Below, in pieces: positions 1 to 9,513 of a stretch of DNA of 32,000 nt. The stretch covers positions 155,873-187,872 of the forward strand of contig NZ_QMIE01000002.1 in the NCBI RefSeq assembly GCF_007625075.1, given 5' to 3'. Positions within the stretch are counted from its first letter, which is position 1; the number at the start of each line of letters is the position of its first letter. The notes below the pieces were generated by a model. The model was not told the DNA's origin. It worked only from the letters and a program-made list of their open reading frames with translations, and made no database searches. The DNA is from Oceanidesulfovibrio indonesiensis. Lineage in GTDB: Bacteria > Desulfobacterota > Desulfovibrionia > Desulfovibrionales > Desulfovibrionaceae. The translations under genes and the position numbers were made by a program.

Positions 1-1
1 C

Positions 2-208
2 ACGCTGGATACTTTCGAGGTAGCCGTCTCGTCGGAGATGGATGCATCGGTACTCTCGCGCTGCATGCTCGAAAAGGCCGGCGATCCTCAGGAGCGTCTG
101 AACAGTTGGCTGGACTCAATGCAGGGACGTGTCCGCGTAGGCGTGGTGCCCAACGCGAACGCCACCTATTTTTCCCTCGCGGCCGGAGATGTCTCCGGCA
201 ACTCATAA
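2..208 (+). CDS. 3' end of a truncated CDS (C-terminus ...RVRVGVVPNANATYFSLAAGDVSGNS*); possibly a LarA/DUF2088-like protein, weakly supported
   Basis: Open frame from the window edge to TAA at 206-208, immediately upstream of the suyA-like gene. The VGVVPNANATYFSL tail loosely resembles LarA-type C-termini. It is not in the supplied ORF track because its start is outside the window. Confidence 0.4.
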   Translation, partial: TLDTFEVAVSSEMDASVLSRCMLEKAGDPQERLNSWLDSMQGRVRVGVVPNANATYFSLAAGDVSGNS

Positions 209-246
209 CGCGCAGGAATTTTACAGGAACTACACAAACGGAGGTC

Positions 247-528
247 ATGATGATTCAATTTCTCGTTCACGAGAAAGCCGACTCGGTCGGCGTGGCCACG
301 GTGGACATCAAGGCCGGCGAAACAGCCAAAGGCCTGTACATGGACACTCAGGAGCCTGTTGAGGTGAAGGCCAACGACGACATTCCTCTCGGTCACAAGA
401 TCGCCATGGTCGACCACGCTGTGGACGACGCCGTGATCAAGTACGGGCATGACATCGGCCGCGTCGTTGCCGGGATCAAGAAGGGCGACCACGTGCACGT
501 GCAAAATCTCAAGACCAAGAGGTGGTAA
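247..528 (+). CDS. suyA: (2R)-sulfolactate sulfo-lyase alpha subunit / UxaA-family SAF-domain small subunit
   Basis: 93 aa, [25 protein letters not shown]...; small SAF-domain protein directly followed by the large subunit. Start chosen at ATG 247 rather than the ORF-track start at 106. Confidence 0.8.
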   Translation: MMIQFLVHEKADSVGVATVDIKAGETAKGLYMDTQEPVEVKANDDIPLGHKIAMVDHAVDDAVIKYGHDIGRVVAGIKKGDHVHVQNLKTKRW

Positions 529-532
529 AACG

Positions 533-1696
533 ATGAGCCTTGGAAAAGTGAAAGGATACAGGCGCGAAAATGGCCGGGTGGGCATCCGCAACCACGTTGC
601 GATCCTGCCCCTGGACGACCTCTCCAACGCAGCCAGCGAGGCCGTGGGCAACAACATCCACGGCACCCTCGCCTTGCCCCACGCATACGGCCGCCTGCAG
701 TTTGGCGAGGACCTCATGCTCCTCTTCCGGACTCTCATCGGCATCGGCTCCAACCCCAACGTCGCCGCCGTGGTCGTCATCGGCATCGAGCCCGAATGGA
801 CCTCCATCGTGGTGGACGGCATTGCCGAGACAGGCAAGCCAGTGACCGGTTTCGCCATCGAGCGCAACGGCGACCACAAGACCATCATGGAAGCGTCCAA
901 AAAGGCCAAGGAGTATGTCCATTGGGCCTCCGAGCTGCAGATGGAGGACGTGGATCTCTCCGAGATCTGGGTCAGCGTGAAGTGCGGCGAGTCCGACACC
1001 ACCTCGGGCCTGGCCTCCAACCCCACGGTGGGCGCTGCCATCGACAAGCTCGTGGAAGCCGGCGCAACCTGCTGCTTCGGTGAGACCTCCGAGATCACCG
1101 GCGCCGAGATGGTTGCCAAAGAACGCGCGGCTACCCCTGAAGTGGGCGAGGCGTTCTATAAGATGTGGAAGGATTACAACGACTTCATCAACGAGTACAA
1201 GACCGACGACCTCTCCGGCTCCCAGCCCACCAAGGGCAACATCAAGGGCGGCCTGACCACTATCGAGGAAAAGGCCTTCGGCAACCTCCAGAAGATCGGC
1301 AAGAAGTCCAACTACGTGGGCGTTCTTGAACCGGCCGAGGCTCCTTCCGGCCCCGGCCTGTGGTTCATGGATTCCTCGTCCGCGGCCGCCGAGATGGTGA
1401 CCCTGTGCGCAGCCGCAGGTTTCGTGGCCCATCTGTTCCCCACGGGCCAGGGCAACATCATCGGCAACCCCATCGAGCCGGTCATCAAGCTGACGGCCAA
1501 CCCGAGGACCGCCCAGGACATGAGCGAGCACATCGACTACGATTGTTCCGCCATTCTCCGTGGCGAGATGACCCTGGAGGAGTCCGGCGACAACTTGCTG
1601 GACATGCTGCGCCGTACTTGCAACGGGCGTCTTACTGCACAGGAAGTGCTCAAGCATCGCGAATTCATCATGACAAAGCTCTACCGGAGCGCGTAA
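533..1696 (+). CDS. suyB: (2R)-sulfolactate sulfo-lyase beta subunit (UxaA-family large subunit)
   Basis: [60 protein letters not shown]-like [44 protein letters not shown]; this pattern is much closer to SuyB as I recall it than to altronate dehydratase. Confidence 0.82.
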   Translation: MSLGKVKGYRRENGRVGIRNHVAILPLDDLSNAASEAVGNNIHGTLALPHAYGRLQFGEDLMLLFRTLIGIGSNPNVAAVVVIGIEPEWTSIVVDGIAETGKPVTGFAIERNGDHKTIMEASKKAKEYVHWASELQMEDVDLSEIWVSVKCGESDTTSGLASNPTVGAAIDKLVEAGATCCFGETSEITGAEMVAKERAATPEVGEAFYKMWKDYNDFINEYKTDDLSGSQPTKGNIKGGLTTIEEKAFGNLQKIGKKSNYVGVLEPAEAPSGPGLWFMDSSSAAAEMVTLCAAAGFVAHLFPTGQGNIIGNPIEPVIKLTANPRTAQDMSEHIDYDCSAILRGEMTLEESGDNLLDMLRRTCNGRLTAQEVLKHREFIMTKLYRSA

Positions 1697-1796
1697 GCCA
1701 GTGGTATCGTTCCCCCTGGTCGGCATGGCCGGGGGGAACGCGCCGCTGTTCGGAATCACACGGAATCGCCGTAAACTCTAGCCCAAGGAGCGGACC

Positions 1797-2747
1797 ATGA
1801 AAAAGTTGATCACCATGGCCCTGGCGTTCTCACTGGTGCTCGGTCTGGGTCTTGTCGCCCAGGCGGAGGATTATCCCTCCGAACCGATTACCTACTCGAT
1901 TCCTTTTAACCCGGGCGGTCAGTCGGACCTCGAGGCACGACGCCAGCAGCCCATGCTGGAGGACATCCTCGGCGTCAGCGTCATCATCCAATACAAACCC
2001 GGAGGCGGCGGCTCCGTTGGCTGGGCCGAGCTTGTTCGGGCCAAGCCGAACGGATACTTCATCACTGGCATCAACGTCCCTCACATCGTTCTCCAACCCC
2101 TGGCGCGCGGCAACGCCGGTTTCGAAACCGAGCAGATCAAGCCCATCGCCTTTTTCCAGGCCACGCCCATCGGACTGGCAGTGCTCAAGGATTCCCAGTT
2201 CCAGACTCTGGAAGACCTCGTCGAATTCGCCAAAGCCAACCCCGGCGCAATCACTGCCGGCGGCTCCGGCACATGGTCCGGCCACCACATCGCAAACCTG
2301 CAACTGCAGGAAAAGGCCGGCATCGAGCTGACTTACGTACCCCACAAGGGCGCTGCGCCTTCCGTGGCTGCGTTCCTGGGCGGCCATGTCCAGGCGTTGT
2401 GGGCCAACTCCAACGACCTCTACCAGCACAGGGATAAGATTCGCGTGCTCGGTTTCGGAACCAAGGAGCCTTTCGAGCCCATGCCCGAGGTCCCCACGTT
2501 CGAGGCGCAAGGCTATGACCTGTATGCGTCCATCGACCGCGGCGCCGGGGCTCCTCCCGGAACTCCTGATGAAAAGATCAAGGTGCTTGAGGACGCGTTC
2601 CTGAAGATCGCCAACGATCCCAAGATCAAGGAGCAGATGCTCAACGATGGTTTCGTGCCCCTTTCCATGGGGGCCGAAGAATCCGCGAAGTACATCCAGG
2701 AAAAGATCGAAGACTGGAAGCCTGTCGTGGAAAAGTTCCAGCAGTAA
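1797..2747 (+). CDS. tctC: Tripartite tricarboxylate transporter (TTT) substrate-binding protein, TctC family
   Basis: Signal peptide plus YPSEPITYSIPFNPGGQSDLEARRQQPML and YKPGGGGSVGWAELVRAKPNGYFITGINVPHI; followed by TctA and TctB. Confidence 0.9.
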   Translation: MKKLITMALAFSLVLGLGLVAQAEDYPSEPITYSIPFNPGGQSDLEARRQQPMLEDILGVSVIIQYKPGGGGSVGWAELVRAKPNGYFITGINVPHIVLQPLARGNAGFETEQIKPIAFFQATPIGLAVLKDSQFQTLEDLVEFAKANPGAITAGGSGTWSGHHIANLQLQEKAGIELTYVPHKGAAPSVAAFLGGHVQALWANSNDLYQHRDKIRVLGFGTKEPFEPMPEVPTFEAQGYDLYASIDRGAGAPPGTPDEKIKVLEDAFLKIANDPKIKEQMLNDGFVPLSMGAEESAKYIQEKIEDWKPVVEKFQQ

Positions 2748-2841
2748 GACACCTGGTCGATACAGCCGGCAGGGGGCCGTTCCCGCGGCTCCCTGCTGCA
2801 CAACAGCGAGGGAAGTGTGAACCGCACTTCCGGGAGGTCTC

Positions 2842-4392
2842 ATGTTCGATCTCGCCGTCGCAGGTCTGGAGCACGTGCTCGTTCCGGCCAACCTGCTCTT
2901 CCTGTTCATCGGTGTGTTCGCGGGCATCGTGTTCGGCGCCCTGCCCGGCTTGACCGCGACAATGGGACTCGCGCTGCTGGTGCCTTTCACCTTCACCATG
3001 GCTCCGGCTGCAGGTCTCATAATGCTTGCCGGCATCTATGTCGGCGCCATGTACGGCGACGCGGTCCCCGCCATCCTCATCAACACGCCTGGAACACCGG
3101 CGGCTATTGCAACGAGTTTCGACGGTTTCGCATTAACCCAGAAAGGCATGGCCCAGCACGGCCTGGTGGCCGCGGCCGTGGCTTCTTGTTTCGGCAGCCT
3201 GGTGGCCAACATCGTGCTGCTCACCGCAGCGCCGCCCCTGGCCGAAGCCTCCCTCAAGTTCGGGCCCCCCGAGTACTTCTGGCTCGGCGTATTCGGCCTG
3301 ACGATCATCGCGACCCTGTCCACGGGCTCCGTGCTCAAGGGCTTTCTCGCCGGCGCGCTGGGGCTGCTGCTTTCCACCATCGGCATGGCGCCCATCGGCG
3401 GCGACGTGCGCCTCACCTTCGGATTTCCCGAGATGCAGGCGGGCATCGAGCTCATCGTGGCGCTCATCGGCTTCTTCTGTCTGCCCGAGATTCTGGAAAG
3501 CGTCATCGGCAGGCGTCAGGCCAAATACACGTCCAAGAACGTGAAACCCAACTTTTCGGTTGTCTGGGAAGTCATCCGCGACTTGTTCAAACGGCCGGTG
3601 CTCATGTTCCGCTCCGCGATCATCGGCACGGTCGTCGGCTTCGCTCCGGGCGCAGGCGGCAACATAGCCAGTATGGTCTCATACAACGAAGCGTGTCGAT
3701 GGGACAAGCATCCCGAAGAATTCGGCAAGGGCACCATCAAGGGAGTCGCCGCCAGCGAGGCGGCCAACAGCGCCATGGCGCCCGGTTCTCTGGTGCCGTT
3801 GCTCACGCTGGGCATTCCGGGTTCGCCGCCGGCCGCGGTCATCCTCGGCGCGCTCATGCTCCACGGCATGCGCCCAGGCGGCGAGTTGTTCACCGTGCAC
3901 GGGCAGGTGGTGTACGCCTTCATGATGGCGCTGCTTCTCGCCGCGTTCCTCGTCACCATCATCGGCTCTTTCGGCTCCTTTGTCTTTGCGCGGATCATCA
4001 ACATTCCATCGCGCTTTCTGGCTCCGGTCATCATCTTCATGACCGTGCTCGGCTCCTACGCCATCCGCAACAATATGCTCGACGTCTGGATCATGCTGAT
4101 ATTCGGCGTGGTCGGCTTCGTGTCCAACAAGCTCAAGTTCCACCCGGCGCCCATCGTCCTTGGGTTGATTCTCGGGCCGTTCGTGGAAGAGGGGCTCGTA
4201 CAGTCCATGCTGGCAGGGCGCGCGGCAGGCGGCGTGGTGCAGTACATGGTGTTCCGGCCCATCAGCGGCGTGCTCATCACCCTCTCGGTGCTGTCCGCGC
4301 TGTGGCCCGTGTACGCGGCCTGGAAGCACAAGAGAAAGCAACGCCTTGAAGGCTGCGCCTGCGACATCGAGGAGGGACCGAAGAATGCTTAA
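2842..4392 (+). CDS. tctA: TTT transporter large permease, TctA family
   Basis: 516 aa polytopic; GLTATMGLALLVPFTFTMAPAAGLIMLAGIYVGAMYGDAVPAILINTPGTPAAIATSFDG is characteristic of TctA. Confidence 0.95.
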   Translation: MFDLAVAGLEHVLVPANLLFLFIGVFAGIVFGALPGLTATMGLALLVPFTFTMAPAAGLIMLAGIYVGAMYGDAVPAILINTPGTPAAIATSFDGFALTQKGMAQHGLVAAAVASCFGSLVANIVLLTAAPPLAEASLKFGPPEYFWLGVFGLTIIATLSTGSVLKGFLAGALGLLLSTIGMAPIGGDVRLTFGFPEMQAGIELIVALIGFFCLPEILESVIGRRQAKYTSKNVKPNFSVVWEVIRDLFKRPVLMFRSAIIGTVVGFAPGAGGNIASMVSYNEACRWDKHPEEFGKGTIKGVAASEAANSAMAPGSLVPLLTLGIPGSPPAAVILGALMLHGMRPGGELFTVHGQVVYAFMMALLLAAFLVTIIGSFGSFVFARIINIPSRFLAPVIIFMTVLGSYAIRNNMLDVWIMLIFGVVGFVSNKLKFHPAPIVLGLILGPFVEEGLVQSMLAGRAAGGVVQYMVFRPISGVLITLSVLSALWPVYAAWKHKRKQRLEGCACDIEEGPKNA

Positions 4393-4837
4393 CTCAGACA
4401 TCTTCATCAGCATCTTCTCGCTGATCGTCGCGGCCATCATCTACTTTGCAACACGCGACCTGAGCAAGTTCGGCGGCGTCTTCGTCAACTATTGCCTTAC
4501 CGTGTTCGTGGTCCTGGCTGTGCTCGTGTTCATCAAAGGACTCGTCAAGCCAGAGCGTGTCCGGTTCTTCGCATCGGTGGCAGAGCGGAACAATGTGCTT
4601 GTGGGCTTGGTTATCCTCATCATTTACCTGGCGATCATGCCGTTTGTCGGCTTCTTGCCGTCAAGCTTCCTCTTCTTCACGGTAATGACGCTCTATCTGG
4701 GCGATGAGGGCCTGACCACGCGGAACATCCTCATAAGCGTGGGGCTGGCAGTGGTCGTGGTTACGGTTTTCTACCTCGTGTTCAAACAGGTTCTGATGGT
4801 GCCGCTGCCGAAAGGCTCTCTGTTCGAGGCTGCCTGA
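4385..4837 (+). CDS. tctB: TTT transporter small permease, TctB family
   Basis: 150 aa, four predicted hydrophobic helices; overlaps the tctA stop; position in the tctCAB operon. Confidence 0.85.
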   Translation: MLNSDIFISIFSLIVAAIIYFATRDLSKFGGVFVNYCLTVFVVLAVLVFIKGLVKPERVRFFASVAERNNVLVGLVILIIYLAIMPFVGFLPSSFLFFTVMTLYLGDEGLTTRNILISVGLAVVVVTVFYLVFKQVLMVPLPKGSLFEAA

Positions 4838-5601
4838 TGGGACTCGTCGGTCTGTCGAAACTGCGCGAGGCGGCGGGGCCGGGCAGGGCATTCGGATGCT
4901 TTGCCGTACAGGACCTCGGCTGCATGGAGGCGATCCTCGCCGCCGCGCAGGACCTCGAACTGCCGACGGCGCTGTGCATCGGCCAGTCCTCCTGGACCAG
5001 CCTGGCGCCGCTGGTATCCGCATGTCGCACCGCCGCGAGCAAAGCCCAGGTGCCCGTGGCGGTGCACTTCAATCACGGCAAATCCCTGGGGAGCGTGCTC
5101 GCGGCCATCGACGCGGGCTGCACGTCCGTGATGTATGACGGCTCCGGCCTTGATCTCGAGCAGAACATCCGGAATACCCGCGAATGCGTATTGGTGGCTC
5201 ATGCGCGGGCAGTGGAGATCGAAGGGGAGATAGGCCCCCTCGGGACATTCACCCTGGACGAGGCCAGAGGGTTTGCCGAACGCACTGTGGTGGACTGGCT
5301 GGCCGTGTCCGTTTTCAGGGACTGGTCTTTCGACGAACACTTCATTAAAGAGCTTGCGGCCATCGGTCCGGGGCTGGTGCTCCACGGCGCCAGCAAGCTT
5401 GAGCCGGAAGAGCGCGCCAGGGCCATCCGCGCCGGCGTCGTCAAGATCAATGCACACTCGGAAATCGAGCGGGCCATGGCCTCCGGTTTAGAATATGCTG
5501 CCAATCATGCGCGCGCCTTCGATTCCGACTCTCTGCGCCATGCCTGCGACTGCGTGCGGCAGACCGTGAGCGATCTCATGAGGTCTTACGCACTGCTCTG
5601 A
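4837..5601 (+). CDS. Divergent class II (GatY/KbaY/FBA-like) aldolase-family protein
   Basis: GCTSVMYDGSGLDLEQNIRNTRECVLVAHARAVEIEGEIGPLG and GLVLHGASK follow the class II aldolase layout. ATGA overlap with tctB. Several canonical active-site residues are changed (see findings). Confidence 0.75.
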   Translation: MGLVGLSKLREAAGPGRAFGCFAVQDLGCMEAILAAAQDLELPTALCIGQSSWTSLAPLVSACRTAASKAQVPVAVHFNHGKSLGSVLAAIDAGCTSVMYDGSGLDLEQNIRNTRECVLVAHARAVEIEGEIGPLGTFTLDEARGFAERTVVDWLAVSVFRDWSFDEHFIKELAAIGPGLVLHGASKLEPEERARAIRAGVVKINAHSEIERAMASGLEYAANHARAFDSDSLRHACDCVRQTVSDLMRSYALL

Positions 5602-5716
5602 TTCGTCTTCCCAGCTACTGAACGAGCCGGCGAATCCCGCCGAGACTCCTACATTCCATCCCTCCCACGTTTGCGAAGGGCCGCCGGCAGTGTAACCGGC
5701 CGGCTCGCGCTTGTGT

Positions 5717-5756
5717 CGTAAAGACTGCCCCGCCGGATGCCGCGGCTGTCTTTACG
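5717..5756. repeat. Imperfect inverted repeat CGTAAAGACTGC ... GCTGTCTTTACG, 16-nt loop
   Basis: Arms 5717-5728 and 5745-5756, about 115 nt after the aldolase-like gene; could be a terminator-like stem or an operator. Confidence 0.5.
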
Positions 5757-6353
5757 CGTCAGTTCGCGCAGCGTGGCCGTGCCGGTTGTCTCCTGCCGGC
5801 AACATGGGCGCGAGCATATGACGTCATGAGAGCGAGCATCCTCGTACCCTTCGTGTGAGCGAACCGGATGGCGGGTGTTCCGGGGTCCCGATGTGCTTTG
5901 GGCCGTAACTTCCTGATGACGTTGTATTGTTTGTTTTGTGGGCAGGTGGCGTTCAGTAATCAGTGAAATCGAGAAGTATAGTTTTGTCACAAAAATGTTA
6001 TATGGCCAGTAAAAGAAATGACAAAATATGGAAAACATAACGAGAGGGGAGATTTTGGGTATGGGTGCGCTGAATATAACACGCTGTTTCAAAAAAATAA
6101 AATGCAAATTGAAATTTCCAGGAACGCTTTTTGCTCAGGTGTTGAGTATGGTTTGCCGGTAGTCTTCTGGCGGATAATAATTGGCCGGATTTTTAGTTGA
6201 AAATTCTTTCGACTAAGGCTTGGGCAGGCCAGGTGGGGTTTGGGCGGTTGTCTGCTGTTGGTTGGTTAAAATTACTTCTCAAAATTGAGAATAACAACGG
6301 CGGATTTGTTTCACGATCGTAAACACAGCATCTGTGCAAAGGAGTGGATTACA

Positions 6354-7412
6354 ATGAAACGCAGAGATTTCTTGAAAAAAGCCAGTGTCGGCGCCACTGC
6401 GGCCGCAGCAGCCACAACCGTTGCCGCGCCGTTCGTGCATGCGTCCAAGAAAACGCCCATCCGCTGGCGCCTGCAGACATATGCCGGGCCGGCCCTGGCC
6501 GAGCACGTGATCAAGCCCCAGATCGAGGCCTTCAACAAGATCGCCAATGGCGACATGGTCATCGAGCTCTACAACGCCGACCAGCTCGTGCCCACGCCCG
6601 AGCTCTTCCGCGCCATGCAGCGGGGCACCATCGACGCGGTGCAGAGCGACGACGACTCCATTGCCGCTCCTGTGGACGTCTCGGTCTTTGCCGCCTACTT
6701 CCCCTTTGCCACCCGCTACTCACTGGACGTGCCCACCCTGTTCAACCACTACGGGCTCAAGGAGATATGGGAGGAGGCATACAGCGAAGTGGACGGCGTG
6801 ACCTGGCTTGCCGCCGGTCCGTGGGACCCGTGCAACTTCGCCACCAAGTCGCCCATCAACACCCTGGACGACCTCAAGGGCAAGCGAGTCTTCACATTCC
6901 CCACCGGCGGCAAGTTCCTCCAGCGCTTCGGCGTGGTCCCGGTGACACTGCCGTGGGAAGACGTGGAAGTGGCGTTGCAGACAGGCGAGCTCGACGGAAT
7001 CGCGTGGTCCGGCATTACTGAAGACTACACCGTGGGCTGGGCGGACGTGACCGACTACTATCTGACCAACAACATTTCCGGCGCCTGGGTCGGCTCCTAC
7101 TTCGCCAACTCGGACAAATGGGAGGCCGTGCCCGATCATCTCAAGGAACTCTTCCGCGTCACCATCGACAGCTCCAACTACTACCGCATGCATTGGTACT
7201 GGTGGGGCGAGGCGCACTACCGCGTGAACGGCGGCAAGCTCAAGCTCACCACCATTCCCGAAAGCGAGTGGGACAAGGTGGAGCAGGAAGCGATGAAGTA
7301 CTGGGATGAAATTGCGGAGAAGAGCCCCCGCAACGCCAAGGTGGTGCAGATTCTCAAGGACTACGCCACGACCATGAAGAAGGCGGGCAAACCCTACAGG
7401 TACACCGACTAG
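6354..7412 (+). CDS. dctP: TRAP transporter substrate-binding protein, DctP family, Tat-type signal (MKRRDFLKKASVG)
   Basis: Twin-arginine signal; IRWRLQTYAGPALAEHVIKPQIEAFNKIANGDMVIELYNADQLVPTPELFRAMQRGTID; start ATG 6354 with AAAGGAG upstream. Confidence 0.92.
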   Translation: MKRRDFLKKASVGATAAAAATTVAAPFVHASKKTPIRWRLQTYAGPALAEHVIKPQIEAFNKIANGDMVIELYNADQLVPTPELFRAMQRGTIDAVQSDDDSIAAPVDVSVFAAYFPFATRYSLDVPTLFNHYGLKEIWEEAYSEVDGVTWLAAGPWDPCNFATKSPINTLDDLKGKRVFTFPTGGKFLQRFGVVPVTLPWEDVEVALQTGELDGIAWSGITEDYTVGWADVTDYYLTNNISGAWVGSYFANSDKWEAVPDHLKELFRVTIDSSNYYRMHWYWWGEAHYRVNGGKLKLTTIPESEWDKVEQEAMKYWDEIAEKSPRNAKVVQILKDYATTMKKAGKPYRYTD

Positions 7413-7636
7413 AAAACCTGCTGCGGCTCGCTTCCGAACGCGCATTGCAACGCCATCCCTTCCCCGGTTCCGCCGCATGGGCCGGGGAAGGCCACTTCCG
7501 ACAGCCGGCGCGGTGATCCGTACGCCGGAAGGGGAGGGGTGCGTTCTCGGAAGCGTTCCGTGCTCGGGCATGTACCTTTCCGATCACCGGGTTGCATGCA
7601 TGGGGCCCGGCAAACGCTGCCCGATCGAGGTGGAAT

Positions 7637-8173
7637 TTGTTCAAAGCAATAGTGACATTCGTTCGATACGTGGACGCCGTGAACCGCCTGGTGGGCAGGA
7701 TGGTGATGTATCTGGTGTTCCTGATGATGGCGATCCTGCTGTACGCGTCGTTGTCCAGAACAGTGCTCGACTCCCCGGTCGTCTGGGCCGTGGAGATGGC
7801 CCAGTTCACCATGGCCGCCTACTACCTGCTGGGCGGCGGCTACTCCATGATTCTCAGAGGCCACGTCCGCATGGACGTTCTCTACAGCAAGTGGTCGACC
7901 AGGAAGAGGGCGGTCGTGGATTCGTTCACCAATATCCTCCTTCTCGTTTACCTGGTCATGCTGCTGTACGGCGGCATATCCAGCACAGCCTACTCCCTCC
8001 AGTACGGTCAGACCAACTACTCCGCCTGGGCGCCGCCGCTGGCGCCGATCAAAATCATCATGGTCATCGGCATCGTGTTGATGCTGCTGCAGACAATCTC
8101 ACGCGCCATCAAGGACATCTGCAGGGCGCGAGGCGTTGATGTGGCTGAAACGTTTGGAGATTACCTGCCATGA
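7637..8173 (+). CDS. dctQ: TRAP transporter small permease, DctQ family (start TTG 7637 tentative)
   Basis: VRYVDAVNRLVGRMVMYLVFLMMAILLYASLSRTVLDSPVVWAVEMAQFTMAAYYLLGGGYSM; lies between dctP and dctM. No good ATG, GAGG upstream of the TTG. Confidence 0.85.
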   Translation: MFKAIVTFVRYVDAVNRLVGRMVMYLVFLMMAILLYASLSRTVLDSPVVWAVEMAQFTMAAYYLLGGGYSMILRGHVRMDVLYSKWSTRKRAVVDSFTNILLLVYLVMLLYGGISSTAYSLQYGQTNYSAWAPPLAPIKIIMVIGIVLMLLQTISRAIKDICRARGVDVAETFGDYLP

Positions 8174-9495
8174 GCTACGAAATGATCGCCCTGATGATGT
8201 TCTCCAGCCTGTTGCTTCTGCTTCTTACCGGGCAGCGGGTTTTCGGCGTCGTCGGATTCGTCGGAGCAATGGCCTCCCTGTTCCTGTGGGGGGACGGTGG
8301 CGCGGAGATGCCGTTCAACGCGAGCATCGTGCTCCTCAACTGGTTTCCTCTGCTGACGCTGCCCTTGTTCATCTTCATGGGCTACATGCTGTCGGAATCA
8401 GGAATCGCTAACGATCTCTACAAGATGCTGCACGTGTGGATGGGGCCGTTGAACGGCGGGCTGGCCATCGGCACGGTTGTGCTCATGGTGGCCATTTCGG
8501 CCATGAACGGTCTGAGCGTGGCGGGCATGGCCATAGGCACCAGCATAGCCCTGCCGGAGATGCTCAAGCGCGGGTACGACAAACGCATGGTCACCGGAGT
8601 CATCCAGGCCGGCAGCTCGCTTGGCATCATGGTGCCGCCCAGCATCGTGCTCGTGCTCTACGGCATGATCGCCAGGCAGCCCGTGAGCCAGCTGTGGCTC
8701 GCCGGCGTCCTTCCCGGCCTGCTGTTCGCCGGCATGTTCGTCGGCTACATCGTCATCCGCTGTTTCCTTCAGAAGGATCTCGGTCCGGCGCTGACGGTCG
8801 AGGAGCGCCAGGAGATTTCCAATCGCGAAAAATACAGGCTGTTGCGCGCCGGCATTCTGCCGCTTGCCATCGTCTTCACGGTAACCGGTCTGTTCATGAT
8901 GGGCGTGACCAGCCTGGTGGAGAGCTCGGCCGTGGGCGCCGCCGCCGCGACCCTGGCTGCCGTGGCCAAGAGGCGCCTTACCTTCAAGGTGCTGGACAAT
9001 GCGCTGCACAAGACGCTCTCGGTGAGCTGCATGTTCATGTGGATCATTCTGGCGGCGCTCTGCTTCGGCGCGGTGTTCGACGGCCTCGGCGCGGTGCACG
9101 CCATCAAGGTGCTGTTTCTGGACCAGTGGGGCCTCAGCCCGTGGGGCGTGCTCATCATGATGCAGATCACGTACATCATCATGGGCATGTTCCTGGACGA
9201 CACGGCCATGCTCGTCATCGTGGCGCCGCTGTACATTCCGCTGATCATCTCGCTGGGCTTCAACCCGGTATGGTACGGCGTTCTGTACACGGTCACCTGC
9301 CAGATCGCATATATGACCCCGCCATTCGGCTACAACCTGTTCCTGATGAAGGCCATGGCCCCCAAGGAGGTGACGCTGGTGGACATCTACCGATCCATCG
9401 TCCCATTCGTCATACTCATGATCATCGGCCTCGGCCTCGTCATGGCGTTCCCCCAGATCGCTCTGTATCTGCCGGAACTCTACTACGGGAACTGA
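8170..9495 (+). CDS. dctM: TRAP transporter large permease, DctM family
   Basis: 441 aa; FPLLTLPLFIFMGYMLSESGIA, GTVVLMVAISAMNGLSVAGMAIG and GMFLDDTAMLVIVAPLYIPLI; ATGA overlap with dctQ. Confidence 0.95.
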   Translation: MSYEMIALMMFSSLLLLLLTGQRVFGVVGFVGAMASLFLWGDGGAEMPFNASIVLLNWFPLLTLPLFIFMGYMLSESGIANDLYKMLHVWMGPLNGGLAIGTVVLMVAISAMNGLSVAGMAIGTSIALPEMLKRGYDKRMVTGVIQAGSSLGIMVPPSIVLVLYGMIARQPVSQLWLAGVLPGLLFAGMFVGYIVIRCFLQKDLGPALTVEERQEISNREKYRLLRAGILPLAIVFTVTGLFMMGVTSLVESSAVGAAAATLAAVAKRRLTFKVLDNALHKTLSVSCMFMWIILAALCFGAVFDGLGAVHAIKVLFLDQWGLSPWGVLIMMQITYIIMGMFLDDTAMLVIVAPLYIPLIISLGFNPVWYGVLYTVTCQIAYMTPPFGYNLFLMKAMAPKEVTLVDIYRSIVPFVILMIIGLGLVMAFPQIALYLPELYYGN

Positions 9496-9513
9496 TCGCA
9501 AAGACCTGCCTGA

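Noticed and set aside
1830-3035. 401-aa minus-strand ORF antisense to tctC
   Set aside because: Low-complexity shadow frame; tctC has a clear signal peptide and family motifs.
2817-4349. 510-aa + strand ORF overlapping tctA
   Set aside because: Out-of-frame shadow of tctA with Arg/Gly/His-rich composition; tctA itself has strong family motifs.
5649-6107. 152-aa minus-strand ORF in the dctP upstream gap
   Set aside because: No recognisable motifs, spans inverted repeats and an abrupt composition change; more likely noncoding or decayed sequence.
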